Below are positions 13,234-27,329 of a stretch of DNA of 64,000 nucleotides, piece after piece. Origin of the DNA: Paecilomyces variotii (taxonomy: Eukaryota); assembly GCA_004022145.1 (NCBI GenBank), contig RCNU01000009.1, one strand, 5' to 3'. The stretch's first letter is position 1; the number at the start of each line of letters is the position of its first letter. The position numbers were made by a program, and so were the translations under genes. The notes beneath the pieces are model-generated. The model saw nothing but the letters and a program-made list of their open reading frames with translations. It was not told where the DNA came from and did no database searches.

Positions 13234-14939
13234 ATGGCCAGTACCACAGCAACGGAGACTCCTTTCCGAGTGGTTATCGTTGGTGCCGGTCTCGCCGGCC
13301 TCGTGGCTTCGCACTGTCTGCAACGGGCAGGCATTGACCATGTGGTGTTGGAGAAACAAACAGATATCGCGCCACAGCTCGGAGCCAGTATAGCTATCTA
13401 TCCCAATGGCGCACGGATCCTGCATCAGATTGGATGTCTCAGAGCCTTAGAAGAGTCGTGTGTGCCCTTGAATCGGTGGTGGTCGCGCGGTCCCGATGGC
13501 AAGGCCATCATGAACAGTTCGTTTTTTGCCTTTGTGAAGGAAAAGTGAGTTCATATGTTTCTGGGTCCTCTCTTTATGTTTATAATGAATGGTCAAAGAT
13601 ATTTCAATGGAAGGAAAGTGACAAAAAGTATAAGCTGATTGTCGACGTGATCTCGTTTCCAGCCATGGACAGGATGTTTTGTTGCTGGAAAGACGCCAGC
13701 TTCTGCAGACTCTCTATGACTATCTGCCGGATAAGAACAGACTTCGAGTAGGCTGTGAAGTGAAGACCATCAAACAAGACAAGGATGGCGTCGAAGTTAT
13801 TCTGGCTGATGGCACAGTGGAGAAGGGAGACATAGTGCTGGGCGCCGATGGAGTACGGAGCCCGGTGCGCAGTATGATGTGGGAGCACGCCAACAAGACA
13901 ACCCCAGGGTTGATCACAGCGGAGGAGAAAAGAAAAAGTGCGCTTCTTGGCTAACCAACATTTTGTTGCTTTCTTGGGCTGATGATAGCAAACCAGGTAT
14001 GAAAACTAGCTTCAGAGTGCTGCTAGGCATGGGACCTCCAGCGTCCGAAGTAGGCGAGAGGGATTTGACTATATGCAGTGACTCGGGATTTGTCTTGACA
14101 ACAGTATCCCAACCTACCCATTTGTTTTTTTGCGTGTACCAGAAGCTAGAGAAAGACCTACTCTGGCCGCGACAACTGCGGTACACGATGAGAGAGATGG
14201 ACATTTTTGCGGAAAGTGTCGCAGACCACCCTGTCTCAGATACTATTGTCTTCGGAGAGCTTTGGAAGAAGCGTGACCGCGCGATACTAGTCGGTCTTGA
14301 GGAAGGTGTTCTGCAGCATTGGTACCACGATCGGATTGTCCTGGTCGGAGACTCAGTGCACAAGGTATCCAATTCATTCAAATCAATCTCCATTCATACC
14401 TTGAGACAGTAATACTGATGGACATCCAATCCGCGCAGATGTTGCCTAACATCGGTCTTGGAGGAAACATGGCACTCGAGTCTGTCGCCGTGCTCTGTAA
14501 TCATCTTCACGCAATGCTGGCGTCCCAGCAAGGCAAGAAGCCTGATTTGGTGGCGCTCAACAAGGCCTTTGCAGCATACCAGGAGGAACGTATGCCGCGC
14601 GCCCTCCATATCACAGACTTCTCAACTAAAGTGGCGGAAGGACAAGCCTGGGTGACGCCATTCCATAAGTTCTATACCAAATGGCTAATTCCTCTGCTGA
14701 AAGAGCGCGCACTTGCTGATATGATCGCGGAGCTTATGCGCGGCGCCCCAAAGCTTGCGTATGTCGACAGCAGCGGATTTGGCAAGGGAACTGTGCAGTG
14801 GGATGATGAGAAGGAAGACAAGGAAGAAACTGCGAAGCGGTCTTTGCAGTGGACCATGAGCGTTGCTGCACTGGTAGGTATAGTTGCTATTGGCACCACC
14901 CAGTATGGCCGTCTCCGCTCTCTGCTTGGGCTCAGATAG
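13234..14939 (+). CDS. FAD-dependent monooxygenase (FAD_binding_3, secondary-metabolism type) with C-terminal hydrophobic anchor
   Basis: Exons 13234-13544, 13663-13937, 13997-14364, 14439-14939. Fingerprints GAGLAG, GADGVRSPVR and GDSVHKMLPNIGLGGN. Confidence 0.9.
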
Positions 14940-15783
14940 AGTCCTGGAACTGTCGAATCTTTGTTTATTTTCTGAAATCTTTTACGTCGCTGAATAGAAG
15001 ACAGGTCTTCGCTTTCAGTTTTGCATGTTGTCGCCTATAATATGAAGCTCTCCTAAAAGACGTAAGCGTATATTCTGCATTTAGCTCTTGTGGCTACCTA
15101 ACTCATCACGAAGCTATACCACCAAAAGTTCTCTGATGTGAGCCACAGTGCTGCCGTAAAATATGTGTACTCAAGCAATCATTGTCCAGACTCCCAGTCC
15201 AGGAATCCCGATATATGGCCGTCCCAGATCAAAATGTCAGGAAGCTTTATTTCACCGTGAGTGAATACAATTTCGTGCCTGTTAGTCAGTCTGTAATCCT
15301 TTCACACGCCTCATAGCGCCATTATATTCCTCGATTCAAGTCCACCACGCCACTCAACTGAGCAGGTAATCATGCCAGTTCTCCTCACTCACGCGGACCG
15401 CTACGATCCGTCCATATAAAGTTCGGAGAAGAAGTATTTAATTCGATCCATATTTATTCCGCCGGACTGGAGTTTTGCTCTTCTAAAATGGACCATTTAA
15501 TTTCCAAAGGAACAAATACCCATATACCTATGAGGTCCAAGGTCTGGTTAATAATATTGCAAAAGAGCCCTGGTCCTGATACTTACTGCAGGATTTGTGC
15601 ACGGGCCATGAGACGAGACCGGGGTAAAGATCAGAAAGCAAGTCCAACTTGAAATAATCACCTAAGATAAAAAGTGCATGTTAAAGGCATAATTTATTAC
15701 TGGTTTCATAAGTGCTAGGGTCTTTTTTTTTCCTTCTCTTTGTCTAGGACAGATTGTTCTGTCAATAATAATAAGAACAGATA

Positions 15784-15858
15784 ATCTCGGAGACTCCCTA
15801 TTCTAGCTAGGGAGTTCCTGGAGGAGTTCCAGCGAGATCCACCCATGGTAGGAATAGG
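15784..15858 (+). repeat. Dispersed hairpin repeat, copy A
   Basis: Aligns by eye to the reverse complement of 42153-42242: 39/46 nt, then 17/19 nt, around a 15-nt indel. Internal palindrome ACTCCCTA..TAGGGAGT. Confidence 0.8.
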
Positions 15859-16625
15859 TAATAGGTAATAGCCTAAGCTAGCTAGCTAGATCATTCAAGC
15901 AACGAAGAATTAGGCAGCTTTAACCTGCTAAGAGACGTAATATCCAATATTCAATCAAGGTCATATAATTGGAATTCAAATATCCTACGACTTCTTTATC
16001 TTTCTCCGTGTAAACCATCTTGCCATCTACCTTTCAATTGAGCCCTTAAACAATTGATCTTCTTTTCTGATGCTCAGTAACTATCGATCTCAATAATTCG
16101 AGGTTGTTGCGGAACCGAGGCGGTTTCAGAATACGAGAGACAACGCGGGGGCCACTAGCCGTTACTTAAGGAGTCAAAGCGGAACGTTGGGGGAATTTGC
16201 AATGGGACCTCTATTATTATTAACTATTATTCAACGAGCTAGCTGCCCTGCTCAAGTGACCACCAAGCATCTTGTGGTATGAAACCGGTAGTGTTCTGAA
16301 TAGGTTGAATTCCGGCCATTGGCTGCCCTGCGCATAGTTACAATGTGCGACGTATAGGTGAATTCCAAATTCTCTTCAGGATGCAGTTACAATTACAAAG
16401 TATTCATGCAAGCGTAGTGAGGAAATGGAGCGGCCAGAACCAGCTCCAGATGCGAGCTAAACCGGGGCTCTCCTTATGCTACACCAGATCAACAGCAGGA
16501 CCCGTTGAAATAACGAATTTATGGGTCTCTCCCCAGTCGACTAGACACGTCATATGCAGTATAACCCTAAATGGAAACGTGAAATGCCGCTAGGAGTGGA
16601 AATAACATCCTTCTACTAGAATGTA

Positions 16626-16969
16626 TGATCATTGGAGGCCTTATTTCAGGTACAAGACCAGGATTAGAAAGGTCGTCACCATGGTTCGTTTGCGAGAAAG
16701 CTAACAGTTGTTGGGTTCAGGATGGTCATCTCGGGATAGAATCAATACCAAATCATGTAACACGGAATTAGACAAGGTGCAACTTGAAGCATGGTCTTCA
16801 TGTCCTTGGCGTAGTATCCATAATTACTGCCATCGGCCTTCTCAATATTATTAGAGTAGACCGTACGGGAAACGAATATCTCGTTTATAAACGTTTTTCT
16901 GGGTCCGTTGGACAGGAAATTAATGACGAGAAGCCAATAAGTGCAAAAGGCGTGACGTTTAGTAACTAA
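16626..16969 (+). pseudogene. Possible MFS transporter remnant
   Basis: Intron-like segment 16650-16720 (GTACAA..GCTAAC..CAG). The spliced reading MIIGGLISGWSSRDRI resembles MFS motif A, followed by hydrophobic LGVVSIITAIGLL in another frame. Confidence 0.3.
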
Positions 16970-19900
16970 CAGTGAGCTTAAGAGAGGAGCTACTATAACC
17001 ACGGATAAATAAAAGTTAACGCATACATCATGGAAAAGTGTATGCAGATCCCACCGAAGCGGCTGAAATGGCCGAGATCTAGCAATTCTCTCCGGGTATC
17101 CCAGAGTAGATAGTTAAAATGGGATGGTCTGGACTCTGTAGTAAGATGCCAACGAAAAGGCGTTTGAGTTGTCCACTATTGAACTCAACTTGCGAGCCGA
17201 AAGTTAGCAAGGCTGGGCCTGGAAAACTTACGACGAAATGGTGAGGCTAAGTGATCCGAGAGCGAGGTCTCGGTCCAACCGTCCATATTAGTTTCCAAAA
17301 AAGTTCCGACAGAAGCGGCTGGCCTCTGCTCTGAGATGAGAGCGGGTTAACCCCTGCTGCCGTTCCTGATAATGTGGCCGTAGGTCGAACTCATGTATCT
17401 GAAGATCGACGGAAAACTGTGCTGGGTCTTTCCGCAATTCAGGAGTCAATGTATGCCGTTAACTGCTCGAGCGATCCATTCCCCTCATATCTGCAGGCAT
17501 CACAATGGAGGGACTTTTGACTTCTTGATGCAACCGACGTGTGGGTTCACCGTGCAACACGCAGGAGAGCGAAAGCATTTGGCGAGGTGAAAAGAAATAA
17601 TAATAATAATGATAATTAATACTCCGTACACGGGATGCCCTAACAGATCCTTCCAGAAAACATGTGGAATCTCTCGCGACGCAATGAAAGATATTAGCGT
17701 CGTCTTCTGACCCCTAGGCTGCCGAGTCGCAGACGCGATGGTCGTACAGGGTGCTAGCATCAAACTTGAACGTGCGTCTTGCGAGGAATATCATCCACAA
17801 TCGGCGCAAATGCCGTTTAGAGCGTATAGCGGGCCCGCTTGAGGTTGCCCGATCGAAAAAGTCGGAAGATATGAAAGAACCAAAAAGTCAAAATAGCGGG
17901 CCAAGCTGAATAGGAAAAGAGTCGTCAATTGGGCATCCTTCGTACATACAAGCAATAGATGACGACCAACTGGCAGGATCTCATGCCCAACTCTATGAAC
18001 AGAGTAGAACAAATACACTCCCCATACGTGGGACGTCGAGATCGTATCACAGTAGTACGTCAACTTTGTGCAGACGCAGCCAGATTCCGTCTAGTTTAAA
18101 CTTAGTAAATCCCATGTCGCATAGATCCTTTCTTCGACCAATCTAGCATATACCTACAGGTCGGACGATTAGCTCGAAGTGTCCATATATTGTCCCAGAA
18201 GCTATGCAGAGTATTAGCCACTCGGTCAATAAAGTGAAAGGATTAAGATATTGAACAAGCCTCAGAGTTTGGAGCAGATTCGAGCAGAATGTTAGCAGAT
18301 TTCACGTAATGGATGGCATAAACAAAACAGACACTTCCGTTTGTATTATTAGCACGCGACTACACACACGGAGCGCAAACAGCCAACTAACTAGTATAAC
18401 CGATGATAGTAATCAGTGCACAAAGCCTCGAGTTAGTGCCAAACTTGCCAGCAACCCATTTCAAGGGGCTGAAGCAGACACGGTGCAACCCAGGGCAAGA
18501 GGTCATTATTAGGCTTTCTTGGCAGTCACGCCAAGGTGCTTGCCACATGAAGAGGGGTCTTGAATGGATATATTGGATATACGGGTATGGAGCGGAAGCA
18601 GGGGTAGGAATATTGGGGAAACGCATTGGATAAAGAGCGCAAGGCGCCGTCCGGTCGAGTTGCATTTGTTCGGACTAGGGTCTGCAGAAAGCGCATCGTG
18701 CAGCTGCCTCGGACATCCCGCGGATATGTTGGTTTGCGGTTCCTGGGGCTCTGGGACAATGAAGTATCCGTGACTGGCATGAATTAACTGGTCTGGCGGT
18801 GACGGCAGAAGCCGGTTCGGTTCGGGCATGCCCAACTGAAGGCCAACAACAGACAGACATACTAACCAAGCGTCCGAACAGTAGCGGTAAATGATCAGCC
18901 AACCGGGCATCCCAAAGCCGAGACCCCTATAGACTATCCGTAGTATGAGCAAACTGCCAGAAGCCCCTCATTTTAGACTCCTCTCGTGTATTTCCCAGTT
19001 ATATTCCGTACTGTAGGGGCTTCTTTCCATGGCGGGGGTTCGATGTCATGTCTATCGCGATGATGCAACTTGTTCAACCGATCGGCGCACTAGTAACCGG
19101 AGTGTACCCGTATGGTATGTATAACTTTCATGTCCAGTATGTGCACGAGAATATTCGTTGTTATGACTGAATGTGCCACCAATATTAGCAGAAACTGAGA
19201 GTTTCCAGAGCTGCTGCTAGTTTCGGGACTTCGGCAGATAATATGTGCAAACAGCCGGTCATCCAGTTTCGCAGCGGCTGGATCAAGAGAAGTATAGATG
19301 ATAAAGGCTAGACAGATCTTCTTTGCAGCCGCCACTTTTGACATCGACAGTATGCTGCGGCTATTTATACACGCCGTTATCCGAAACTCAGATCTAGAAG
19401 GGAATCCATCCGCAGTTACAGAAGAGTCGCAATGCATGCTGTGCACGGCGCCGCGTGATGGTGAAGCACTATTCGTGATAGCGGTTGCAGCGTCATGACA
19501 GCTTCGTTTCCCTATGCATCCAACTTTGGAAATCGCGGGGCTGACTATTGAAATCTAACAAGGAAACAGCCAAAGATCTGCAACACGCTGCTACTTCGGT
19601 TGGCCGCGTGTCTGCACGTTGGTTCATTTCAAGTACTCCGCGCGGCAGCTGAGGGCGTCTTAATAACGTTAAATTTTCGTGCGGGGATGGGGGAAGTGAT
19701 ATGCCCCTGAGAATAAATTCTGTTGAGGGGGTCTTATAGTGCACATCGTACTCTCATGGCTAAGGAGGCCGATCCACAATATCAAATAGCCTAGTAGAGA
19801 GCCGGTTCTTCGGCTGCTAGGGCGCACATTCTTGCGTCGGGTAGAAATCATTCGAGACCAATAAAGGATTCGGGCGCTTAGTTCATTCCCGTGGGGAAAA

Positions 19901-22800
19901 GTAATTGCCATGATCCCAGCATCGTGCGACTGTTTTACTTCCTTCTGACTGATTATTATGTGTCATGCTGTGTCAAAACAGCGAGGCGTTTCGAGGGGAA
20001 AGAGGTGAGATACATAGGCGCGACGACTGCCGCGAGAGCAAGTCGGGCGGAATGCATGATCTCAGCTTCAAGGGATTTGACACAAATCGGCCATCAGCCA
20101 GGACTCGGGAGAAAAAGAAGAAGTGCACCTGCAATCTATGGGTTCGAGAATGAAACAGTCAAGCGACGGCCAACACCAAAACACCCCAAGAGGGAAGGAG
20201 ACAAGCTGACTAGCATAAACCGCGGAGCGAGATCGCCCCAGTAGGAGCAAGCAGCTTCCGAGATCATTATCGAAAAGCGACTCAACGCTGTCAGCTTCGG
20301 GTATCAGATTTAAAAAGCGATGTCGGAGTCAGCAGAGCGCCGTATTCAAAGGCGTAGTCGTTATTCGGATCCTGTCGTCAAGAAGGGCGCGTGGGCAGGA
20401 GGGATCAGCGAGAGCATATGCGACACTTCCCCACGACAACAATGAATCTATCATGAGGACTGTCCGAGCATCGAGCCTCTTTGGACCCATCAAGAGAAGT
20501 GCGGAAGAAGTGAGAAGACGGATCACGGCATGAACTGTATATATAAAAGTTTTTGAAGTAGTTGCACATTTTGGCAAGCGTCATGCCACAGTTGATGGTC
20601 GATATAGATTTTCACTGCAGGAAGGTAGATCGGGGCCTTGAGAAGTTGAGACTAGGCGGTGACACCGATTTGACTGTACCCCAGGAAGGGAAACCAAGAA
20701 TAAGATGTCGTTCGAAAGTGTTTTGTCGATCTCGATGGCAGGATGGGAGCAGCAGGCAAAACCAATGTCAAAAAATAGGCTCTTCAAGACATGTCACTTT
20801 ATAGGTGTAGGGTTCTGCCTTATGCGTTCTCAGAGTAGTACGCGTGGTGGCTACACTGAGATCTAGGACTAAAGATGTTTCACAAAGTTCCCACCTGCAA
20901 ATCCGGGTCAATGGGAGATCGACACCGGTGCTAGTAGCCGTTGATGCTTCATCATTCGCACGTGGCGCTAACCTGGACCTTCATGCATATATGAATGCCA
21001 GGATATTATGATCCCTGCAGAAAGCAGCAGTCATAGCCAGAGGCGAAAAGGTAGGAAGAGCAACCGTTTGGATAATGCGGCCTGGTCCCAGAGGAGAATA
21101 TCGCTTTCGAAATGAAGATCTGTCTGGTAGCGGCGGGATTGACCATGAAGATGCAACAGGGGTGTTGATATCGGCCGAAAATTACGGCAACTGAGCAAAG
21201 GATGTTCACGAGCAGCTAAGCTGAAAGGTATCATGCAGTCACGATTATGACCTCGCATCGAAGGTTCCAGCAGTCGAAACGCGTTCTGGAGAACGAGGGC
21301 AGAAGCATGATATTGAGTGCCTGCCAGAGGCATCCGGCACGTGTCGAAACTTGACCTGTTGAGCCCGTATCGAGGGGGTCTGTATTACCCAAGAGATGAC
21401 GACGGAAACTACCAAACACCATCGAAAATCGGATAAGTTAACGGAGGGTTCAATAGCATTTGGAGCCCAATAGTTCAATAGCTGGAACCAGATCAACTGA
21501 TGTCAGTGATTGGGGTATTATCCAGCCTGTGGATCCCGGAGTATGGCTATTGCTGTTAAGGGGGCCGGAGAAACTTGTTCGCACAGGCATTTCACGGGGT
21601 CGTCTGAATATTCAGAACCCTGAAGCACTTCAAGGTTGAAGGGAATCATGATTTGACTTTGTAATACGGAGGAAAGGATGGTAGGGCCACGATCTAGGGG
21701 ACATTCGACTCCGCTATGGCCTAGAAATCACATACGGCTTGGAACCTTGCGCGCGGAATGGTTGCTCGGAATGGCCGATATTCTCTAGAGGTAATGATCC
21801 ACCTTATCTGGAAAAAAGCCAGTGGACAAAGATGTCGCTTCGAGGGCACTCCTCCGACTGATTACTCGACCAGCTGAGCATGCACGGGTAACGGAACCTC
21901 CACAGGAGACCGAACAGAGAGCCGAAGCCGGAGGGCATGAGTCGTGTCTTTCACGATTAGCGACGCCGTGTTAGCTAGTGTGCGGTAAGCGACGCTGGGT
22001 CTGATTCCGTCAGGACATGCATCATAGATTATTATTGTCCAGATGATTCCGTGTCGGTTGCCCATTACTAACGATCGGGCCAGGCATGGAAAGATAGTTT
22101 ATGCCATCAACGGAGAGATGATTGATCAGCATTGTCTACTTCTGCAAAGCCTCAGACCATGCGGGAGGAACAGAAGCGAAAAAAACAAAGACTAAAGTAT
22201 AAAAGGCCAGCTGAATGACCAACGGGAGCCTTACCAGAGACTATCGACCATGGATGCATTTCGAATGGCCGCAGAGTGCTCTGGTGAACGTGAGATGAAT
22301 GGCAAGCCGGGAAGATCCTAGAAAGCTTGAGGTCAAGGTCGGTTACCCTTCACTGTTCAGCAAGCTGCGCGTCGGGGAGGAACGGATGCCAAGCAGTTGA
22401 GCAATTATAATCTCTTTCCATTATTACTTCTCCTGTGAAAGGTGGGGTATTATTAGTCTCGCTGTGATCGAACACGAAGTCGCGGTCGGAGGCTTTGGTC
22501 GAGCAAGCATTAGTGGAGGGAAGGTGTGACGCAATCTAGGAAAGCTAGATGAAGCACCAGACTGAAGAAGGATAGTTAAAGCAATAATACTCCAGGGCTT
22601 TTGAAAGCAGGAGAGAACCTGATAGGGGTTCCATAAAGAAGCTTCCTGATAATAATAATACGAGGGACGACTAACTCAGGAGAGAATAGTTATTCATGTT
22701 GGTGTGGTTAGTTCGGTAGTCTAGTTATGTAAGCTAAGAGCCTTAGGCAAGTTCCGAGCAACTTTAAAATCACGTGGGAGAACAAGCCCTCGTTCTAGTC

Positions 22801-22808
22801 TATAAATA
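22801..22808 (+). promoter_or_regulatory. Candidate TATA box upstream of chs7
   Basis: TATAAATA about 440 nt upstream of the chs7 ATG; motif match only. Confidence 0.3.
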
Positions 22809-23239
22809 GAAAGGATAAGTGGGGTCCCCCATTGAAGCCAGCAGCCAATGAACGTATCTTGATCCACGTGACTGATACCCCAGGCAACAAACACTGAGCC
22901 GCAGCAGGATCTGGACGTTTCCTGGAGAACGGGATCGGATCCACCGCGACAACCACAGTCGTTGGATCAGATCGACACTGATTACCATACACTCGTTTAT
23001 CCGATTGTTCCCTCCGTACTGGAGTGCCACTCGCTAGATCGTGCTTTCTATGGGAGCGCAGCTGTGTGTTGACGTTGCGGTCCCTGTTGATCGATCCAAG
23101 GCGCCTATCCAGGCAATCATTGATACCAATTCTTCCCCCCTCATTCCACAAGTCCTGGACCCCGCAGTCTCTTTCTGATCGGGACAGGCAAGCCGTGTAT
23201 CCTAGAATAAGGTATCAGAGGCCATCTGGGATACTCATC

Positions 23240-24376
23240 ATGGGGTTCGGGAGCTTCGATGACATTTGTCGCAAGACACCTTTACCCCTCTGCTCTCTGG
23301 TAGGGGGGCCGTCGCTGGTGTCCGGGGAGACTGGAATACTGCCAACCTGCTATGCACGCAATATCGAGGTTGCCAATACCATCATCTTCGAGGGCGCATC
23401 AGATTTTATGCATATCCTCGCCTTGATCATGACAGCTATTATGATTCTCCACGTGAGGTCTAAATTCACTGCAGTCGGTAGGTTTCTCTGTCGATTATTC
23501 AGGAGGGCTGTGTTGAGTCTCTAAGTTCTAACATAAGACTCTGGTTGTTTATAGGTCGCAAGGAGATCATGACTTTCTTCTACATTTACATGGCGCTGAC
23601 TATCTTCTCTCTCATCATTGATGCTGGGGTTGTCCCACCTGGCAGTGGACCATTCCCGTACTTCGCCGCCATCCAGATTGGTCTCGCATCCGCTCTATGT
23701 ACAAGCCTGCTCGTTAACGGTTTCGTCGGGTTTCAACTGTATGAGGACGGTACAAAGCTTTCGGTGTGGCTGCTCAGGCTCAGCTCACTCGGCATGTTTG
23801 CGATCTCCTTCATAGTATCGCTCTTCACATTCCGGGGGATCGCTGGCCTTTCACCAAACAACACCGTAGGTCTGTTTGTCGTGATGTATATTCTCAATGC
23901 AATCTCCCTGGTCATCTACCTAGTGATGCAGATTCTACTGGTTGTCAATACACTGGAGGACCGCTGGCCACTAGGGCATATTGCGGCGGGCATCTTCTTC
24001 TTCGTTGCCGGCCAGATTATCCTCTACGCGGTGGGCGAGACCATTTGTAACAAGGTACAACACTATTTGGATGGACTCTTTTTTGCCACCTTCTGCAATC
24101 TTCTAGCAGTGATGATGGTCTACAAGGTATGTTTTGCCTGCAACCGTTTATCAGACCCGCCTCTTAAGTGAACCTGGAACTAATCTATGGCTGCAGTTCT
24201 GGGACTCTATCACCAAGGAGGATCTCGAGTTTTCTGTCGGAGTCAAGCCGAATAGCTGGGAAGTTAAGGAACTCCTGCCTGAAGAAGACCGCCGTACGAC
24301 CATTTATCAGGACGCTGCTTCCGACTACGCCGGGAGCATGTTCCACCATCGCCAATCCACCTCCTACAACTACTGA
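23240..24376 (+). CDS. chs7: Chitin synthase export chaperone
   Basis: Exons 23240-23477, 23555-24126, 24197-24376. Motifs [63 protein letters not shown]. Confidence 0.95.
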
Positions 24377-26187
24377 GACGCCTCTTATGATTTGTTATTA
24401 TAACTATTTATTGTACTTAATATAGGTGTGCGACAACGTGCGCATGATACTTCAGTTGATGTATATTTTTTCCTGGGTATCTAATGCTGTGTCTTGGCTG
24501 TCTTGTGTCCTCCACGTCCACATATATCGTTATCTATTTGTAGCCCGTTGGGCTTTCCTAAGTTTCATGTCCTATCTTGAGGAACAGCAGCACTGATGGT
24601 GAGGAGTTTGGGACGCTGTAACTAGGATTTATGTTCTCCATCCAATTACAGCAAAAGACACACCCGCATAATTGTATAGTGAGTGATAGCTTTACTCGGT
24701 CCATTATGACCGATAGCAGATTCAATCATATGTCTCTTAATGTACATGGCATACACACCGCTAGCGCAACAATCATGCAGAATCATCAAGAGTCCAGACT
24801 TCACCATCCCTGAACCAACAGAAGCATACCGCACCTCTCTATTGCATAAACCATCCCCAGCCCGACGCTGTGACACGAGTTCCCAACTATGCATAGATAG
24901 TATGCACAAAGCGACTCGGCGCCGATCCGGTGGTGTGATCCCTCCTCTCTAGCTGCAGCAAGCAGCGCGCGTACTCGGCTAAATACGTCGTAGCGTCGGA
25001 AGTTCGAACTTGAAGATCAAAAGCCGACGCAATCGTTCCCAACATGTGATTAGGGTTATTCTTTCCTCTTTGGAATTATCCAGCAGATGAATGTATCGGC
25101 CTATTATATTAGAGACTAGCAGTTGGGATAGGGTGGTTCATGTGAGTTGTGAAATGGAGGGGCGGGAGAGATAAGATAGCGATGTTGGATATGTAAGTAT
25201 TATTCACTATCTATGCTAACTATCGATGTTTCTATGATATGTATCCTGGCTTGCAAGATAGCCAAATGGGCATTCTGCATGTGTATAAATTGGGATCAGT
25301 AGTGTTTTATCTTTCTTTATCGGAATCGCTGGAGTTATGGCTGTACTGTTTTAAACATGGAGAGTGCTCGCTCTATGATGAGATCAGGGTTGGTTTGTTT
25401 TGTATTCATTGGAGATAAATGTATGTATATCTACTTGAATACCTTCTTTGTCGCTATTGTGTTTATAATTGTACTGTTGGATTATGGATTTACTTTGCAT
25501 ACCAATCTGGCTCGAGGCCTATTACGGTTATTTATATTTATCTAGCGTAGTGATAAAGTGCGCGCAAAACGGAGAAGGGTCATATTTCTGAATGGTGACG
25601 TTTGCGCGTCGTACATAGATTGACTTATCAGTTTATATTGAATGCAGAGTTCATTACGGTGGTTTCTGGACTCTCAATTGAATGTTTGCCCTGCAACAGC
25701 AGAGAGGAGTTATTAATGATATATGATCGCCTCTGCTGGAGACGTATACGGACTGTATTTGTAGATGTGAAAGAGCGGTTCTACGCCTATCTGTATTACA
25801 GGAGATGTCCTGCGAAACATACGCGCCTTCAGCTACTGAGAGAATACAGGCATCCGGTGCGAAGAATAGTCCATTATGAATACGGCTTACGGGGAGTATT
25901 CCTCGTGTAGAGACCAAGTATGGGCGTAACGTTTTCTTTTCTTGCCATTCATAGAGATCAGGATTTAGCGTACAGAAGTCGGAGTAGTCTATCGAACAGG
26001 GCCTGCTTTTTGGTTCCCTATCCAGCCTGACTCCTTCCTTGAACCTTGCCAGCAGCAGCAGGAGGATCCGTTCCGCCCATGGGACTCGAAAATTCCCTTT
26101 TATGTCTCGGGTATCCTCCTTTGGTATCTCATAAGCCGTATCCGTCTCCTATGCCTTCCATCTTTTTTTTCGTTGTGAAAGAGCTGT

Positions 26188-26791
26188 TTACGCAACGAGC
26201 TCAATGACACCACCGGCCTCCTTGATCTTGCGCTCAGCCTCACGGGAGACGTAGCGGGCCTTGACGACGAGAGGGATCTCGGGAAGACGACCCTTTCCGA
26301 GAAGCTTGGAGTATCCGAGAGCGAGGAGGTCGAGGACGAGAGCGCTGTCGGCCTTGGCGTTCTCACCGAGGTACTGGTCGCGAGTCTCCTGGGGGACGAG
26401 AGACCAGAGCTATTTGAAGTGTTAACCATCTGATTCTGGAAGATTTTTTTTTATTGTTATTCGTCGGGTCCGTTTACCTTCTCGATGTTGATGGTAGGCT
26501 TCCACTGGTGGTTGCGGAGAAGGTGGAAGCGTCTCATACCGACCTGTAAGCCGTCAGTTTCTGTTGCTCCTCTTCGTCTTCCATTCCAATTTATCATCAT
26601 CATCTCTCTCTTTCTCAATCGCTCACCTTTCCGAAGTAACCGGGGTGGTACTTGTCGAGGTTAGTACGGTGGTGGTGCTGACCACCGGCCATACCACGAC
26701 CTCCGGGGTGCTTGCGGTGCTTTCCAATACGACCGTGACCGGCCGAGACATGGCCACGGTGCTTCCGCGTCTTGGTAAGGCGAGTAGGCAT
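26188..26791 (-). CDS. rpl28: 60S ribosomal protein uL15 (L28/L27a, CYH2)
   Basis: Exons 26791-26627, 26543-26478, 26409-26188. Reads [67 protein letters not shown]. Missed by the ORF track because of splicing. Confidence 0.97.
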
Positions 26792-27329
26792 GTTGACGGA
26801 TGCCTTTGGCTGTTGGTTGTCGACGTTAAGGTGCTGGACAAGAAAATCACCGAGTAAGTGAGAGTTTTGGGTGTTGTGGTGTGGTTTCCTCGCTTAGATA
26901 TCCGCATCCGGCCTAGTGGAACTTACTGTCGAACCCCCGGAATTTAAGGTTTCGTCTGGGGAGATGTGGGTCCGAGGTGGGTCTGGCAGCATGAAAAGCT
27001 TCAAGTCTGGACACTGCGTTTGTATATGGTATGGTATAGATTGAGATTAAATCGTATCCGTAACTTCAAAAGAGTACCTGGCTGCCTGCCTTGAATGTTT
27101 GCAAATATCAGGGGAAACAGGTAATTACGATATGTCATTATACATACACAGTACGAGGAAAAAGTCTCCTGAGAAATACTATCGAGCGTTCCAGGATGTT
27201 CTTGCCATCGATCTACTCATTAATTTTGGTATCATTACTCTAACTACCACTAATTATACAGAGACCGCTAGGTCGATAATGACATATGTCTGCTGCCATA
27301 GCAGACATTCCCATTCAATCGGATGGATT

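Noticed and set aside
26627..26791. Cycloheximide-resistance allele of rpl28/CYH2
   Set aside because: Residue 38 is the wild-type Gln (MAGGQHHH).
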